Assembly (NCBI GenBank): GCA_964469555.1
Contig: CAYYAQ010000001.1
Location: forward strand, 58,141-122,140
Direction of reading: 5' to 3'
DNA: 64,000 nt
Source of the DNA: an uncultured candidatus Brocadiaceae bacterium
Lineage (GTDB): Bacteria; Planctomycetota; UBA1135; UBA2386
This document shows, piece by piece, positions 1-9,092 of the stretch. Both the position numbers and the translations under genes were made by a program. Position 1 is the first letter of the stretch. Each line of letters opens with the position of its first letter. Below the pieces are notes generated by a model that saw only the letters and a list, made by a program, of their open reading frames with translations, ran no database searches and was not told the DNA's origin.

Positions 1-1118
1 ATCGCGTCCAGGCCCATGCCCCGGGTCGTCGCCGCGGCGGTTCCGACGCGGATCCCGCTCGTGACGAATGGCGTCTGGGGGTCGTTCGGGACGAGGTTCT
101 TGTTGAGTGAAATCCCCGCGACGATGCCCATGTCTTCCACCGCGGCTCCGGTGACGTCCTCTTCGCGGAGATCGACGAGCACCATGTGGCTGTCGGTGCC
201 GCCGGTGACGATGTTCAAGCCGCCCTCAGCCAGGCGTTGAGCCAGGCGGGCTGCATTCTCCCTGACGCTCTTCGCGTAGAGATGGAACGGCTTTTCGAGA
301 GTCTCGCCAAACGCCACGGCCTTGCCCGCGATCTGGTGCATCAACGGGCCGCCCTGGCCCCCCGGGAACACGGACGAGTTGACCCTCTTGGCGAATTCCT
401 CGGTGGTCAGGATCATGCCGCCGCGGGGGCCACGCAGCGTCTTGTGGGTCGTCATCGTAAGCACGTCCGCGTGACCGACCGGTGATGGCATCTCGCCGAC
501 CGCCATCAAGCCGGCCGGATGGGCGATGTCCGCCATCAGGATCGCGTCGAACTCCTTTGCGATCGCAGCCATCTCGGCATAGTCGATGCTCCGCGGGTAG
601 CTGCTCGCGCCGGCGATCAGGACCTTCGGCTGATGCTCTCGCACGACGTCGCGGACCTCCTCGTAGCGAATCAACCCGGTCGACTCGTCGACGCCGTAGT
701 GTGCTGCCTCGAAAATGCGCCCCGTGTGGCTCCTCTTGTAGCCGTGGCTCAAGTGGCCGCCGGCGCTGAGTTGCATGCCGACGATCCGACCGCCGGCGCC
801 GGCCAGCGCCTCGAGGACTTCGAGATTCGCGCTGGTGCCGGAGTGCGGTTGGACATTGGCGTTCGCCATCCCGGGGAAGAGCTTCAGGGCGCGTTCCTGC
901 GCGATGTTCTCGATCTGGTCGGCGATCTCGCAGCCCCCGTAGTAACGGGCTCCCGGGTACCCCTCAGCGTACTTGTCCGTGATGATGCTGGCGCAGGCCT
1001 CCCGCACCGAGGGCGTGCTGTGGTTCTCGGAGGCGATCAGGGAGATCGTCTCGGTCTGGCGGCGTTCTTCTGCGTCTAGCAACTCGGCGACGACGGAATC
1101 GGAGTCGTGAAGGCTCAT
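1..1118 (-). CDS. glyA: serine hydroxymethyltransferase; its 3' end runs off the window start, so it is absent from the ORF track
   Basis: Reverse-strand translation from ATG 1118-1116 reads MSLHDSDSVVAELLDAEERRQTETISLIASENH. Further on it reads ADVLTMTTHKTLRGPRGG, the SHMT PLP-lysine motif. Confidence 0.9.
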   Translation of the reverse strand, partial: MSLHDSDSVVAELLDAEERRQTETISLIASENHSTPSVREACASIITDKYAEGYPGARYYGGCEIADQIENIAQERALKLFPGMANANVQPHSGTSANLEVLEALAGAGGRIVGMQLSAGGHLSHGYKRSHTGRIFEAAHYGVDESTGLIRYEEVRDVVREHQPKVLIAGASSYPRSIDYAEMAAIAKEFDAILMADIAHPAGLMAVGEMPSPVGHADVLTMTTHKTLRGPRGGMILTTEEFAKRVNSSVFPGGQGGPLMHQIAGKAVAFGETLEKPFHLYAKSVRENAARLAQRLAEGGLNIVTGGTDSHMVLVDLREEDVTGAAVEDMGIVAGISLNKNLVPNDPQTPFVTSGIRVGTAAATTRGMGLDA

Positions 1119-1285
1119 TGTTGTGTTGGATCGAAGGAGGCCGGTAGATTAGCGATCCGGTTCCGCCTAGAAAGCGGCTTTTCCTGAACGCCTTTTCTCG
1201 AGAGAGACCCCTGACCAACTCCCCGAAGAAGCATGGCCACGATGGCTCGGCGTGGTCGATCACCGACGCTGCGGAGACCTACCAG

Positions 1286-3190
1286 GTGGACGCCTGGGGC
1301 GGCGGCTATTTTGGCATCGACTCGGCGGGACACGTCAAAGTCACGCCAGCGGGACCCGATGGTCGTGGCGTGGACCTACACGAACTCGTCGTCGACCTGC
1401 AGCGCCGCGGATTGCAGCTCCCCGTGCTCGTGCGGTTCTCCGAGATCCTCGAGCACCGCCTGAAGGTGATAAACGGCGCATTCGCACAGGCGATCGAGGA
1501 GTACGGCTATCGGGGGAGCTACCGGATGGTCTACCCGATCAAGGTCAACCAGCAGTGCGACATCCTGGAGGAACTCTTGGGGTTCGGGCGACCCTGGGAC
1601 ATGGGGCTCGAGGCGGGTAGCAAGCCGGAGCTGCTGGTTGCGCTGGCATACATGGATCAGCCGGATGGCGTGATCGTGTGCAACGGATTCAAGGACGCGG
1701 CCTACATCGAGACGGCGTTGCTCGCCCAGGAGCTGGGCCGGCATCCAATCCTGGTCGTCGACCGGTTCGATGAGTTCGAACTGATCATGCGGATCGGCAA
1801 GCAGCTCGACGTGGTGCCGAGCATCGGATTGCGGGCGCGACTCTCGAGCAAGGGCGCGGGACGGTGGAACGACTCCGGCGGCGAGAAGTCCAAGTTTGGG
1901 CTGAGCGCGACCGAGATCGTGATGATCGCCAACAAGTTGCGCGAAGACGACATGTTCGGCTGCCTCGAACTCCTGCACTTCCACATCGGCAGCCAGATCA
2001 CTGAGATCCGCGCGATCAAGGACGCCCTGCGCGAGTCCGTGCGGTTCTTCGTCGAACTGTACAAGATGGGGGCGGGGCTCCGGTATCTCGACGTTGGTGG
2101 TGGTCTGGGCGTCGACTACGACGGATCCAAGAACCGCTCGTCGTCTTCGATCAACTACACGGTTCAGGAGTACGCCAACGACGTCGTCGATGCCGTGTTG
2201 CAGGTCTGCGATGAAGTTGACGTGCCACACCCGCAGATCATGAGCGAATCCGGTCGGGCGCTCAGCGCCTACCACAGCGTACTGATCTTCGACGTCCTCG
2301 GCACCAACCAGATCCAGATCGCCAATCCCCCGGCTTCGAGTTCCGGGAGCGAGGTCCAGACAGTCCGCGCGATGTGCGAAGCGTGGGAAGGCGTCACGAT
2401 CGAGAACTTCCGCGAGACCTACCACGACGCGTTGCAGCTCAAGGAGGAAGCGCAGCACCTCTTCAATCTCGGGTTCCTGGACCTCAAGGGGCGTTCCGAG
2501 GCGGAGGATCTCTTCTGGGCGATTTGTCTCCGCGTGCGTCAGTTCGCGCGGGGGATGGAGTTCCCGCCGCCGGAGTTCGCGGGTCTGGAGCGGGCCCTCG
2601 CCGATACGTACTTCTGCAACTTCTCGATCTTCCAGTCGGTGCCGGATAGCTGGGCGATCGACCAGCTGTTCCCGGTGATGCCTGTTCATCGATTGGACGA
2701 GCGCCCGACCCGGCTCGGCACCCTCGCAGACCTCACATGCGACAGCGATGGGAAGGTTTCGCGCTTCGTCAATCGCGGGGTGGAGAAGGTGACTCTCGAG
2801 CTGCACTCACTCAACGGTCGGCCCTACTTCCTCGCGATGTTTCTGGTCGGTGCGTATCAGGAGACCCTGGGCGATCTGCACAATCTCTTCGGCGACACGA
2901 CCGCAGTGCACGTCACTCTCGACGAGGAGCATGGCTACAGCATCGACAACGTTGTCCAGGGAGACACGATCGACGAGGTGCTCGCCTACGTGCAGTACGG
3001 CAAGCGCGATCTATTGCGCCGGGTGCGGCGTGCCGGCGAGGAAGCCGTGCGCCGCGGTTCGCTGAAGATGGAGCGGTCTGCATGGCTGTTGCGCCGGTTC
3101 GAGGAAGGACTGATGGGCTACACGTACCTGTCGCGGGAGGACAGCGTGCCGCGGCCCGAGGCGGGGGAAGACGAAGGCTTGGCGGGCTAG
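1286..3190 (+). CDS. speA: biosynthetic arginine decarboxylase
   Basis: 634-aa ORF with WGGGYF near the N-terminus, the RMVYPIKVNQQ region and SESGRALSAYHSVL, and typical SpeA length. The first canonical start is GTG 1286, but conserved-looking AWSITDAAETYQ continues upstream in frame without a start codon (see findings). Confidence 0.9.
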   Translation: MDAWGGGYFGIDSAGHVKVTPAGPDGRGVDLHELVVDLQRRGLQLPVLVRFSEILEHRLKVINGAFAQAIEEYGYRGSYRMVYPIKVNQQCDILEELLGFGRPWDMGLEAGSKPELLVALAYMDQPDGVIVCNGFKDAAYIETALLAQELGRHPILVVDRFDEFELIMRIGKQLDVVPSIGLRARLSSKGAGRWNDSGGEKSKFGLSATEIVMIANKLREDDMFGCLELLHFHIGSQITEIRAIKDALRESVRFFVELYKMGAGLRYLDVGGGLGVDYDGSKNRSSSSINYTVQEYANDVVDAVLQVCDEVDVPHPQIMSESGRALSAYHSVLIFDVLGTNQIQIANPPASSSGSEVQTVRAMCEAWEGVTIENFRETYHDALQLKEEAQHLFNLGFLDLKGRSEAEDLFWAICLRVRQFARGMEFPPPEFAGLERALADTYFCNFSIFQSVPDSWAIDQLFPVMPVHRLDERPTRLGTLADLTCDSDGKVSRFVNRGVEKVTLELHSLNGRPYFLAMFLVGAYQETLGDLHNLFGDTTAVHVTLDEEHGYSIDNVVQGDTIDEVLAYVQYGKRDLLRRVRRAGEEAVRRGSLKMERSAWLLRRFEEGLMGYTYLSREDSVPRPEAGEDEGLAG

Positions 3191-4701
3191 CAGTCGTCGT
3201 TGACTTGCAGCTTCTGTACGATCTCGAGCATGGCCTGACTCTGGCGTGAGCCATACTCCCCGAGATCCTTCTTGAGCTTGGCTCGCGTCGTGCTGCGGGT
3301 GCGCGTGTTTTGCATCTTCTCGAATGCCGCGCGGGCATCTTCCTCGTTGTCGATACCGGCCTTCCCCGTGGAGAGATCGTTGCCGGTCAACGCGGTGTGG
3401 ACGTCTCGCAGATCGAAGGACCCCTTTAGCTTGGGGTGGTACGTCGCGTTCTTGATCAGGACGTCCAGGGCGAGCGGGTCCATCTGCAAGAGGCTTCGGA
3501 CCTCCTCCTTGACGGGGCGGAGGTCCTCCATGATCTGCCGCAGCGATGGCTCGAGTCTTCGGGACCAGGTCACGACCGTGCCGACGTCGTCGATGCACTG
3601 CGCGAACGACTTGACGAACGCCTGACGGGGATCTTCGGTGCCGTCGGACACGAACGAGCGATACTCGACGTCGCCGTTCTCCTGTAGGATCCGTGCGCTC
3701 CACTGGAAAGGGACGTGCTGCCAGGGCCGGCTGTGCTCGAAGCGCGGCAGGACGTGAAGAGCGAGTTGGGTGGAGACGACGCAGAGCGGGTAGACGATCG
3801 TGTCGAATTCCTCCGCGAGGAGCTCCTCGACGACGAGATCGTTCGCGGCAAAGCTCTTCAGAACGCGTTTTTGGACATCCGTCAGTCTCTCGGTTCCGGG
3901 GTCGATCTGATCGATGGTTTCGATGCCGAGCTGGTGGAGTTCGGATTCCTGGCCAGGCGTGAGATCAGGGAACTCGAGCAGGGGATTCTCCGGTGCGAGC
4001 TTGCGGCACTGGGCGGCGTAGCAGCACGGAATCGGATTGAGGCACCAGGTTCCAGTCGGCAGCTCGAGCGTAGTCTCGTCGTCGAGGATGATCTGGAAGT
4101 TGTCGATGTAGTCCTCGATGCGACGCTTCCGCTTGCGGGCCTTCTTGGTGACATCCGCGTTCTTGAAGATCTCGTGGACAGGAAAGTCCTTGCTGCCGTC
4201 GTGCCTGAACTCGGCGTCCAGGTGAAGGAGGCTCGCGCTGCGCACCGTGTAACCTGCGCCTTCGATGCCCCACATCTGAAGTGCGACGTCCATGACGTGT
4301 CTGGGCTTGACCTTGGTGCCGGACTTCACTTCGAAGATGTCGATCGTCTTCTCGCCTCCACTCGGCAACACGACGTCGCATCGGATCTCTACGCCGTTGC
4401 GGGTGAACGCGGCGTCGAAGATCGCGACCCCACTGTCGCCCTGCAGCGCTTCGAGGGTTCTGGTCGCGGCCGTCGCGTGGTCTTTCCCTTCGATGCGTTC
4501 GCCTCGCGGAAACCCATCCCACGCCATCTCGGTGAGACTCTGGCCTATCTCCGCGAGAGACTTGCGCATCTCGTTGGGCTTGGGAATGGAGCCTGGATCG
4601 TGGAACTCTTGATAGAGCCTCTTTGCGCACTGCATACCGGCCGCGAACAGGGTCTTGTCCAGGCGGTGGTACTGCGTTACCTGATTATCTGAATCGGTCA
4701 C
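3187..4701 (-). CDS. DUF2779-like protein (Cas4/RecB-like PD-(D/E)xK N-terminal module), function unknown
   Basis: 504-aa ORF. LDKTLFAAGMQCAKRLY and IDIFEVKSGTKVKPRHVMDVALQMW match my memory of the DUF2779 family pattern. Its stop overlaps the speA stop by 4 nt (convergent). Confidence 0.6.
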   Translation of the reverse strand: MTDSDNQVTQYHRLDKTLFAAGMQCAKRLYQEFHDPGSIPKPNEMRKSLAEIGQSLTEMAWDGFPRGERIEGKDHATAATRTLEALQGDSGVAIFDAAFTRNGVEIRCDVVLPSGGEKTIDIFEVKSGTKVKPRHVMDVALQMWGIEGAGYTVRSASLLHLDAEFRHDGSKDFPVHEIFKNADVTKKARKRKRRIEDYIDNFQIILDDETTLELPTGTWCLNPIPCCYAAQCRKLAPENPLLEFPDLTPGQESELHQLGIETIDQIDPGTERLTDVQKRVLKSFAANDLVVEELLAEEFDTIVYPLCVVSTQLALHVLPRFEHSRPWQHVPFQWSARILQENGDVEYRSFVSDGTEDPRQAFVKSFAQCIDDVGTVVTWSRRLEPSLRQIMEDLRPVKEEVRSLLQMDPLALDVLIKNATYHPKLKGSFDLRDVHTALTGNDLSTGKAGIDNEEDARAAFEKMQNTRTRSTTRAKLKKDLGEYGSRQSQAMLEIVQKLQVNDDC

Positions 4702-4765
4702 GTTACCGCGGCTTTCTAGTGGAGGCGCTGGGCTTCATTGTGGTGCTGGGGGGCACGGGCACCCA

Positions 4766-5443
4766 TCATCCCCGACGCATTCTGTAGAGGACGAGGAACA
4801 CCAACCCGATTACGCCACCGATGATAAGCGGCATCTCGAGTTTGTCCGAGAGTTCTTTTCGGCCCCGCGGTGGACTCGCGATCTCCAGTGTTGCGGCGGA
4901 TTTCCGGTAGATGGGGAATGCGTCGAAGTCCTTTAGACTCGCGCGGTAGCTGAATCGCACGGTTTTGCCCCCCGTTGGGATGACGAACTCCAGGACCTGG
5001 GCGAGTTCTCCCGCTTCGGAATGAGCCACCTTGAGCCGGCTCACGATTGCCGGGTGCGCGTGCTCGCCAACGGTGCCGATCTCGAGATCCTCGATGACGT
5101 AGCGAAACGCAGTCGAGGCGCTCTTGGACTGGGCGGTCTCGCGCACCTCCTTCAGCGTCCCTGGAGTCATCGCGGGTTCACCGTCCTCGCGGTGGATCGT
5201 CAGGCAGCGACCGTCGAACCCTTCTTTCAGCCATTGGTCCACGTCGCCGAACCGATCGATTCGCGTCGGAATCAGCCGAGTCGCGACGTCTCTCGGCAAC
5301 TTGTCGCGGAGGAGGCGGTGCTCGTCCGGGGTCATCTGACGCCAACCCGCAGGTAAGACAAAGGAGTACGCCTGCAGCGGGTCGACGAACTTCGCCTCCT
5401 GCGGCGCCCAGGAGAGGATCAGCAGCGTGGCTAGGCCCAGCAT
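4766..5443 (-). CDS. hypothetical protein with N-terminal signal and C-terminal membrane anchor
   Basis: 225-aa ORF with a hydrophobic N-terminus (MLGLATLLILSWA) and a C-terminal TM stretch PLIIGGVIGLVFLVLY followed by RMRRG. No motif recognised. Confidence 0.5.
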   Translation of the reverse strand: MLGLATLLILSWAPQEAKFVDPLQAYSFVLPAGWRQMTPDEHRLLRDKLPRDVATRLIPTRIDRFGDVDQWLKEGFDGRCLTIHREDGEPAMTPGTLKEVRETAQSKSASTAFRYVIEDLEIGTVGEHAHPAIVSRLKVAHSEAGELAQVLEFVIPTGGKTVRFSYRASLKDFDAFPIYRKSAATLEIASPPRGRKELSDKLEMPLIIGGVIGLVFLVLYRMRRG

Positions 5444-5498
5444 TGGGCCTTGTCTAGCGCGCTGGACTAGCTGGGGCTACAGGATTCCCAGGACGTGC

Positions 5499-7049
5499 TC
5501 AGCTGTTGGCTGATTGCAGTCGGGATTCCTCGGTCACGAGCGGCAGCGTGAACCAGAACACCGAGCCATCTCCGGATTCGATCGCCCGGTAGCCGATGCT
5601 CCCGTGCATGAGCTCCACGAGCTTCTTGGACAGGTAGAGGCCGATGCCGCTGCTGTCGACGCGGGGTTCGTGGCGTTCGAACTTGCTGAACTTCGTGAAC
5701 AGCCTGTCCCGCAGCTCCACGGGAATGCTCTGACCCTGGTCCTCGACTTCGATGATGATCGACTTCAGACTCGGCCAGGCGCGTATCGTGATCGTCGTGC
5801 CCGAGGGCGTGTGTTTCACGGCGTTGCTCACGAGGTTGAAGAGGACCTGCATGAGGCGCGCGGAATCGGCCATCACTTCGATATTCGGATTCAAGTCGAC
5901 GACCTCGAGGATCATCGCGCGAGCCGTGGCGATGATCTCCATGGACCGTTGGGCGTCCCGCAGCATCTGGCCGAGGTTGCACGGCTCGATCTGCATGTTG
6001 ATGTGTCCGGCTTTGATCGCCGAGGCGTCGAGCATGTCGTTCACGACGAACATCATGTGCCTGGCGGCGGTCGATGCCTGGGCCATGAACTCCTGCTTCT
6101 CTTCAGGAGTCATCATCTCTTTGTTGTCAATCATGATCTCCAGGGAGGCGATGATCGACGTGAGCGGTGTGCGGAGTTCGTGGACGGTGTTCGAGATGAC
6201 CTCGTCCTTGCGTCGGATGCTGCTCTCCGATTGTCGATCCTGCTGCTTGAGTCGGGCGTTGAAGAAGTCGCGTTCCGAGTTGGCCGTGTCGACGATGCAC
6301 GTGATCTCGCGCAGTAGATCGGCAGGTGTCTGCACGAGCTTCGGCGAGAGGCTCTGCTTCGCGATGAGTTGATCTTGCAGTCGTTCGAGCGGACGGACCG
6401 TGGTGATCATCAGGAGGGCAATCGCGAGGAGTCCGGCGGCGATGGAGATCGCGACTGCCAACCACGTGTCCGAACCCTGAACTTCGGGATACTTCAGTGC
6501 GGACTCCGTGACCAGAAGCCCGAGAACGAGTCGATCGTCGTTATGGATCGGAGCGAAGGTCTGGACGATCTGGGCCCCGTTCCGTTCGAAAACCCCGGTT
6601 TGCACCGCGTGAGTGCGGTGCGCTCGATGGCCGGCGTTGGGGAGAGCCACCGGCGTGCCGTACGGACGGGGTAGTCCGTCGCGAATCGCCTCCTGAACGA
6701 TGATCGCCCGATCGTCCTGGTAGGTGAGGGAGTAGATGGCCAGACCGTTTTCGGAGTGCTTCAACAGACGCTGCAGCGCGCCGAGGACTCGCTCGCGTGA
6801 CTTTGCCAGTTTGGGCAGAAACTGGTCGTGAACGAGCTCGCTGCCCAACGTGTCGGCGAGTTGCCCCGCCTGCGCCCGACAGGAATCCAGATGCTGGGAT
6901 CGGATCTGCTCCCTGGTCTGAGATGCACCGATGCCGTGTACGACGAAGCCGGTGCCCGTCACCAGGAGCATGCTGAACAGGATGAGCTTGCGTGTGAGAC
7001 TCAAACGGGCTGTTGGCAAAAAGGACGAGTGACCAAGGAATCGACACAA
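5499..7049 (-). CDS. sensor histidine kinase (periplasmic sensing domain, HisKA, HATPase_c)
   Basis: 516 aa. Two TM segments flank an extracytoplasmic domain. H-box is HELRTPLTSI. ATP-binding boxes are NLVSNAVKHT, DQGQSIP and GIGLYLS. Confidence 0.85.
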   Translation of the reverse strand: MCRFLGHSSFLPTARLSLTRKLILFSMLLVTGTGFVVHGIGASQTREQIRSQHLDSCRAQAGQLADTLGSELVHDQFLPKLAKSRERVLGALQRLLKHSENGLAIYSLTYQDDRAIIVQEAIRDGLPRPYGTPVALPNAGHRAHRTHAVQTGVFERNGAQIVQTFAPIHNDDRLVLGLLVTESALKYPEVQGSDTWLAVAISIAAGLLAIALLMITTVRPLERLQDQLIAKQSLSPKLVQTPADLLREITCIVDTANSERDFFNARLKQQDRQSESSIRRKDEVISNTVHELRTPLTSIIASLEIMIDNKEMMTPEEKQEFMAQASTAARHMMFVVNDMLDASAIKAGHINMQIEPCNLGQMLRDAQRSMEIIATARAMILEVVDLNPNIEVMADSARLMQVLFNLVSNAVKHTPSGTTITIRAWPSLKSIIIEVEDQGQSIPVELRDRLFTKFSKFERHEPRVDSSGIGLYLSKKLVELMHGSIGYRAIESGDGSVFWFTLPLVTEESRLQSANS

Positions 7050-7216
7050 TTTCCGGTACCGCTTGAGGCGATGCAGTGAGGTTGACTCGGTCCTTCACGA
7101 TGTCGCGGCGTCATGGGGCGCAGCGTGGATGCGAAGGTCGGGGTTCGTGGCCTGAAATCGCAGGGACGCCACGCGGCGAGTGAGTATTCTACCTATCCCA
7201 TCGCAAGGGCGTTCCC

Positions 7217-8158
7217 ATGAACTATCGCGTCATCCTCGGTCTCCTGTTCTTGTTCCCATCGTGCTCGACCGTTTCGAACTCGACATCACAAGGGCGGTTC
7301 GAGACCATCGTTCTCGGAGTCGCGCAGGATGGCGGTGTTCCCCACGTCGGGTGCAGCAAGCCGTGTTGCGTCGACGCGCGGCGAAGTGGACGGCGACTCT
7401 ATCCGGCGTGCTTGGCGATTCACGATCGTGAGAATGGTCGCCTCTGCCTGATCGAGTGCACGCCACGGATCGAGCCACAGCTCGCGATGTTGCACGCGAT
7501 AGCCGGCATCGAGGGGCGGGGACGCAAGCCAGTGGACGCGGTCATGCTCACGCACGCGCACATGGGGCACTACCTCGGTCTCGCACAGTTCGGCAAGGAG
7601 GTCGCAGCGACGGACAAGCTGCCGGTGTTCGTCAGTCCGCGTTTCGCGGCGTACCTGCGCAAGAACGGGCCGTGGAAGCTGATGGTGGAGAACAAGAACA
7701 TCGTGATTCACGAGATCGAGCCTGGGACGGCGTTTTCGCCGATCCCGGGGATCCGGGTGACACCGATTCCCGTGCCGCATCGAGACGAATACTCGGACAC
7801 CATGGCGTTCCAGATCCGTGGTCCAAACAAGTCGGTTTTGTTCGTGCCAGATGTCGACTCGTGGAAGAAGAAGCCGGGCTTGCTCCGGCGCCTGGTCGAG
7901 GGGATGGACATCGCGTACCTGGACGCGACGTTCTACGACGGGAGTGAGTTGCCCGACCGCATCATGGCGCTCGTGCAGCACCCCTTTATAACCGAGACGA
8001 TGGCAGCGCTCCGCGACGACGCGGCGGCACGACCCGGTCGCTTCCGCTTCATCCACCTCAACCACACGAACCCGGCTCTGCACGACTCGGGGATCCGGCG
8101 CGAGATCGAAGCTGCCGGCTTTCGTATCGCGAAGCAGGGCGAGCGGGTCGGACTCTAG
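7217..8158 (+). CDS. MBL-fold metallo-hydrolase, PqqB-like, lipoprotein-type signal
   Basis: 313 aa with LFLFPSCST (lipobox-like), GVAQDGGVPHVGC and LTHAHMGHY motifs. Confidence 0.7.
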   Translation: MNYRVILGLLFLFPSCSTVSNSTSQGRFETIVLGVAQDGGVPHVGCSKPCCVDARRSGRRLYPACLAIHDRENGRLCLIECTPRIEPQLAMLHAIAGIEGRGRKPVDAVMLTHAHMGHYLGLAQFGKEVAATDKLPVFVSPRFAAYLRKNGPWKLMVENKNIVIHEIEPGTAFSPIPGIRVTPIPVPHRDEYSDTMAFQIRGPNKSVLFVPDVDSWKKKPGLLRRLVEGMDIAYLDATFYDGSELPDRIMALVQHPFITETMAALRDDAAARPGRFRFIHLNHTNPALHDSGIRREIEAAGFRIAKQGERVGL

Positions 8159-8328
8159 CCGGCTAGTCGAAACTCAGACGGTGGTGGGGCAGGCGGCGAA
8201 GGGGATGGGAGGCATTGGGCAGTTCATCGCGTCGGCGATGGCGCGGAGGAGTTCGGCCTCGATGGTGGTGCACGCGAAGAGCAGAATCAGCCTCTTCGTG
8301 CTCCCCAAGGCCAGTCATGCAGGGCCGA

Positions 8329-8937
8329 TCAGTCCAGGCGTTCCAGTTCGAACAGGTTCGCGTCCGAGCTATCGGCCAAAAACACCCCGCCTCCACAGTT
8401 CGTGAAGCTCTTGGCCAGGTGACGGCGGTACCAGGCACCAGAACGCAGGTGCACGTTGCCGTCCGTGACCGCTTGATCACAGTTCTCTTCCCAGTCCTGA
8501 ATGGTGAGAGCTTCCAGGTAAAGGACGCCCCGGGTGAGTCGGCCGAGGTTGGCGATTGCATCGCGGCATTCGGAGTCCGTCAGGTACTGGAGAACGCCCT
8601 GGCACACCACGAGGTCGGCCTTGCCGCGTCCACGGTACGTGGCGACGGATCCGTTCTTCCACCCGAACTCCTCACAGAGGTATGGGCTGACCTCGACGCC
8701 GGTGTACTTTGCGTCGGGGTAGTGCACGAGAATGGCTTCGCGCCAGAAGCCGAGTCCGCAGCCCATGTCCAGCACGTTGCGTACCGGCTGACCGATGTGC
8801 TTCAGGTAGGAGCAGACGAATTCGGCGAGCTGTAGCGTGATCGTTAACGACGCAACCCGTGTCTTGGGGTTGCGATAGAAGCGGTCGTAGTAGTCCTGAT
8901 CGAACGTCGGAGAATCGGCCATGCGGCGGCGGATCAT
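8329..8937 (-). CDS. class I SAM-dependent methyltransferase
   Basis: 202 aa with SAM motif I VLDMGCGLGFW and a LVVCQGVLQYL post-I region. Confidence 0.8.
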   Translation of the reverse strand: MIRRRMADSPTFDQDYYDRFYRNPKTRVASLTITLQLAEFVCSYLKHIGQPVRNVLDMGCGLGFWREAILVHYPDAKYTGVEVSPYLCEEFGWKNGSVATYRGRGKADLVVCQGVLQYLTDSECRDAIANLGRLTRGVLYLEALTIQDWEENCDQAVTDGNVHLRSGAWYRRHLAKSFTNCGGGVFLADSSDANLFELERLD

Positions 8938-9007
8938 ACGCGTATGTGCGGGGGCGAAACACCGCGCGTACTTTTCGGCGAAAAGCGTTCCATCGAGATC
9001 GTCTTGG

Positions 9008-9043
9008 GTCGGCGGGGTCGGCGTGGTCGGCGGGGTCCGTGTG
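9008..9043. repeat. tandem 9-nt repeat GTCGGCGKG, 3 good copies plus 1 degenerate
   Basis: The sequence reads GTCGGCGGG GTCGGCGTG GTCGGCGGG GTCCGTGTG. It lies 50-85 nt upstream of the 9093 start. Confidence 0.6.
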
Positions 9044-9092
9044 GTAGACTCTGCGGCCTCGATTCCCCCTTCCGACCCAGGAGAGCCCCTCG

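Noticed and set aside
1376-2806. 476-aa minus-strand ORF. Similar long antisense ORFs occur at 10942-12438, 15681-16910, 19064-20698, 32064-33539, 57778-59217 and 60323-61543.
   Set aside because: Each lies opposite a gene with strong family motifs and shares its third-codon positions. Their translations are Arg/Asp/His-rich nonsense.
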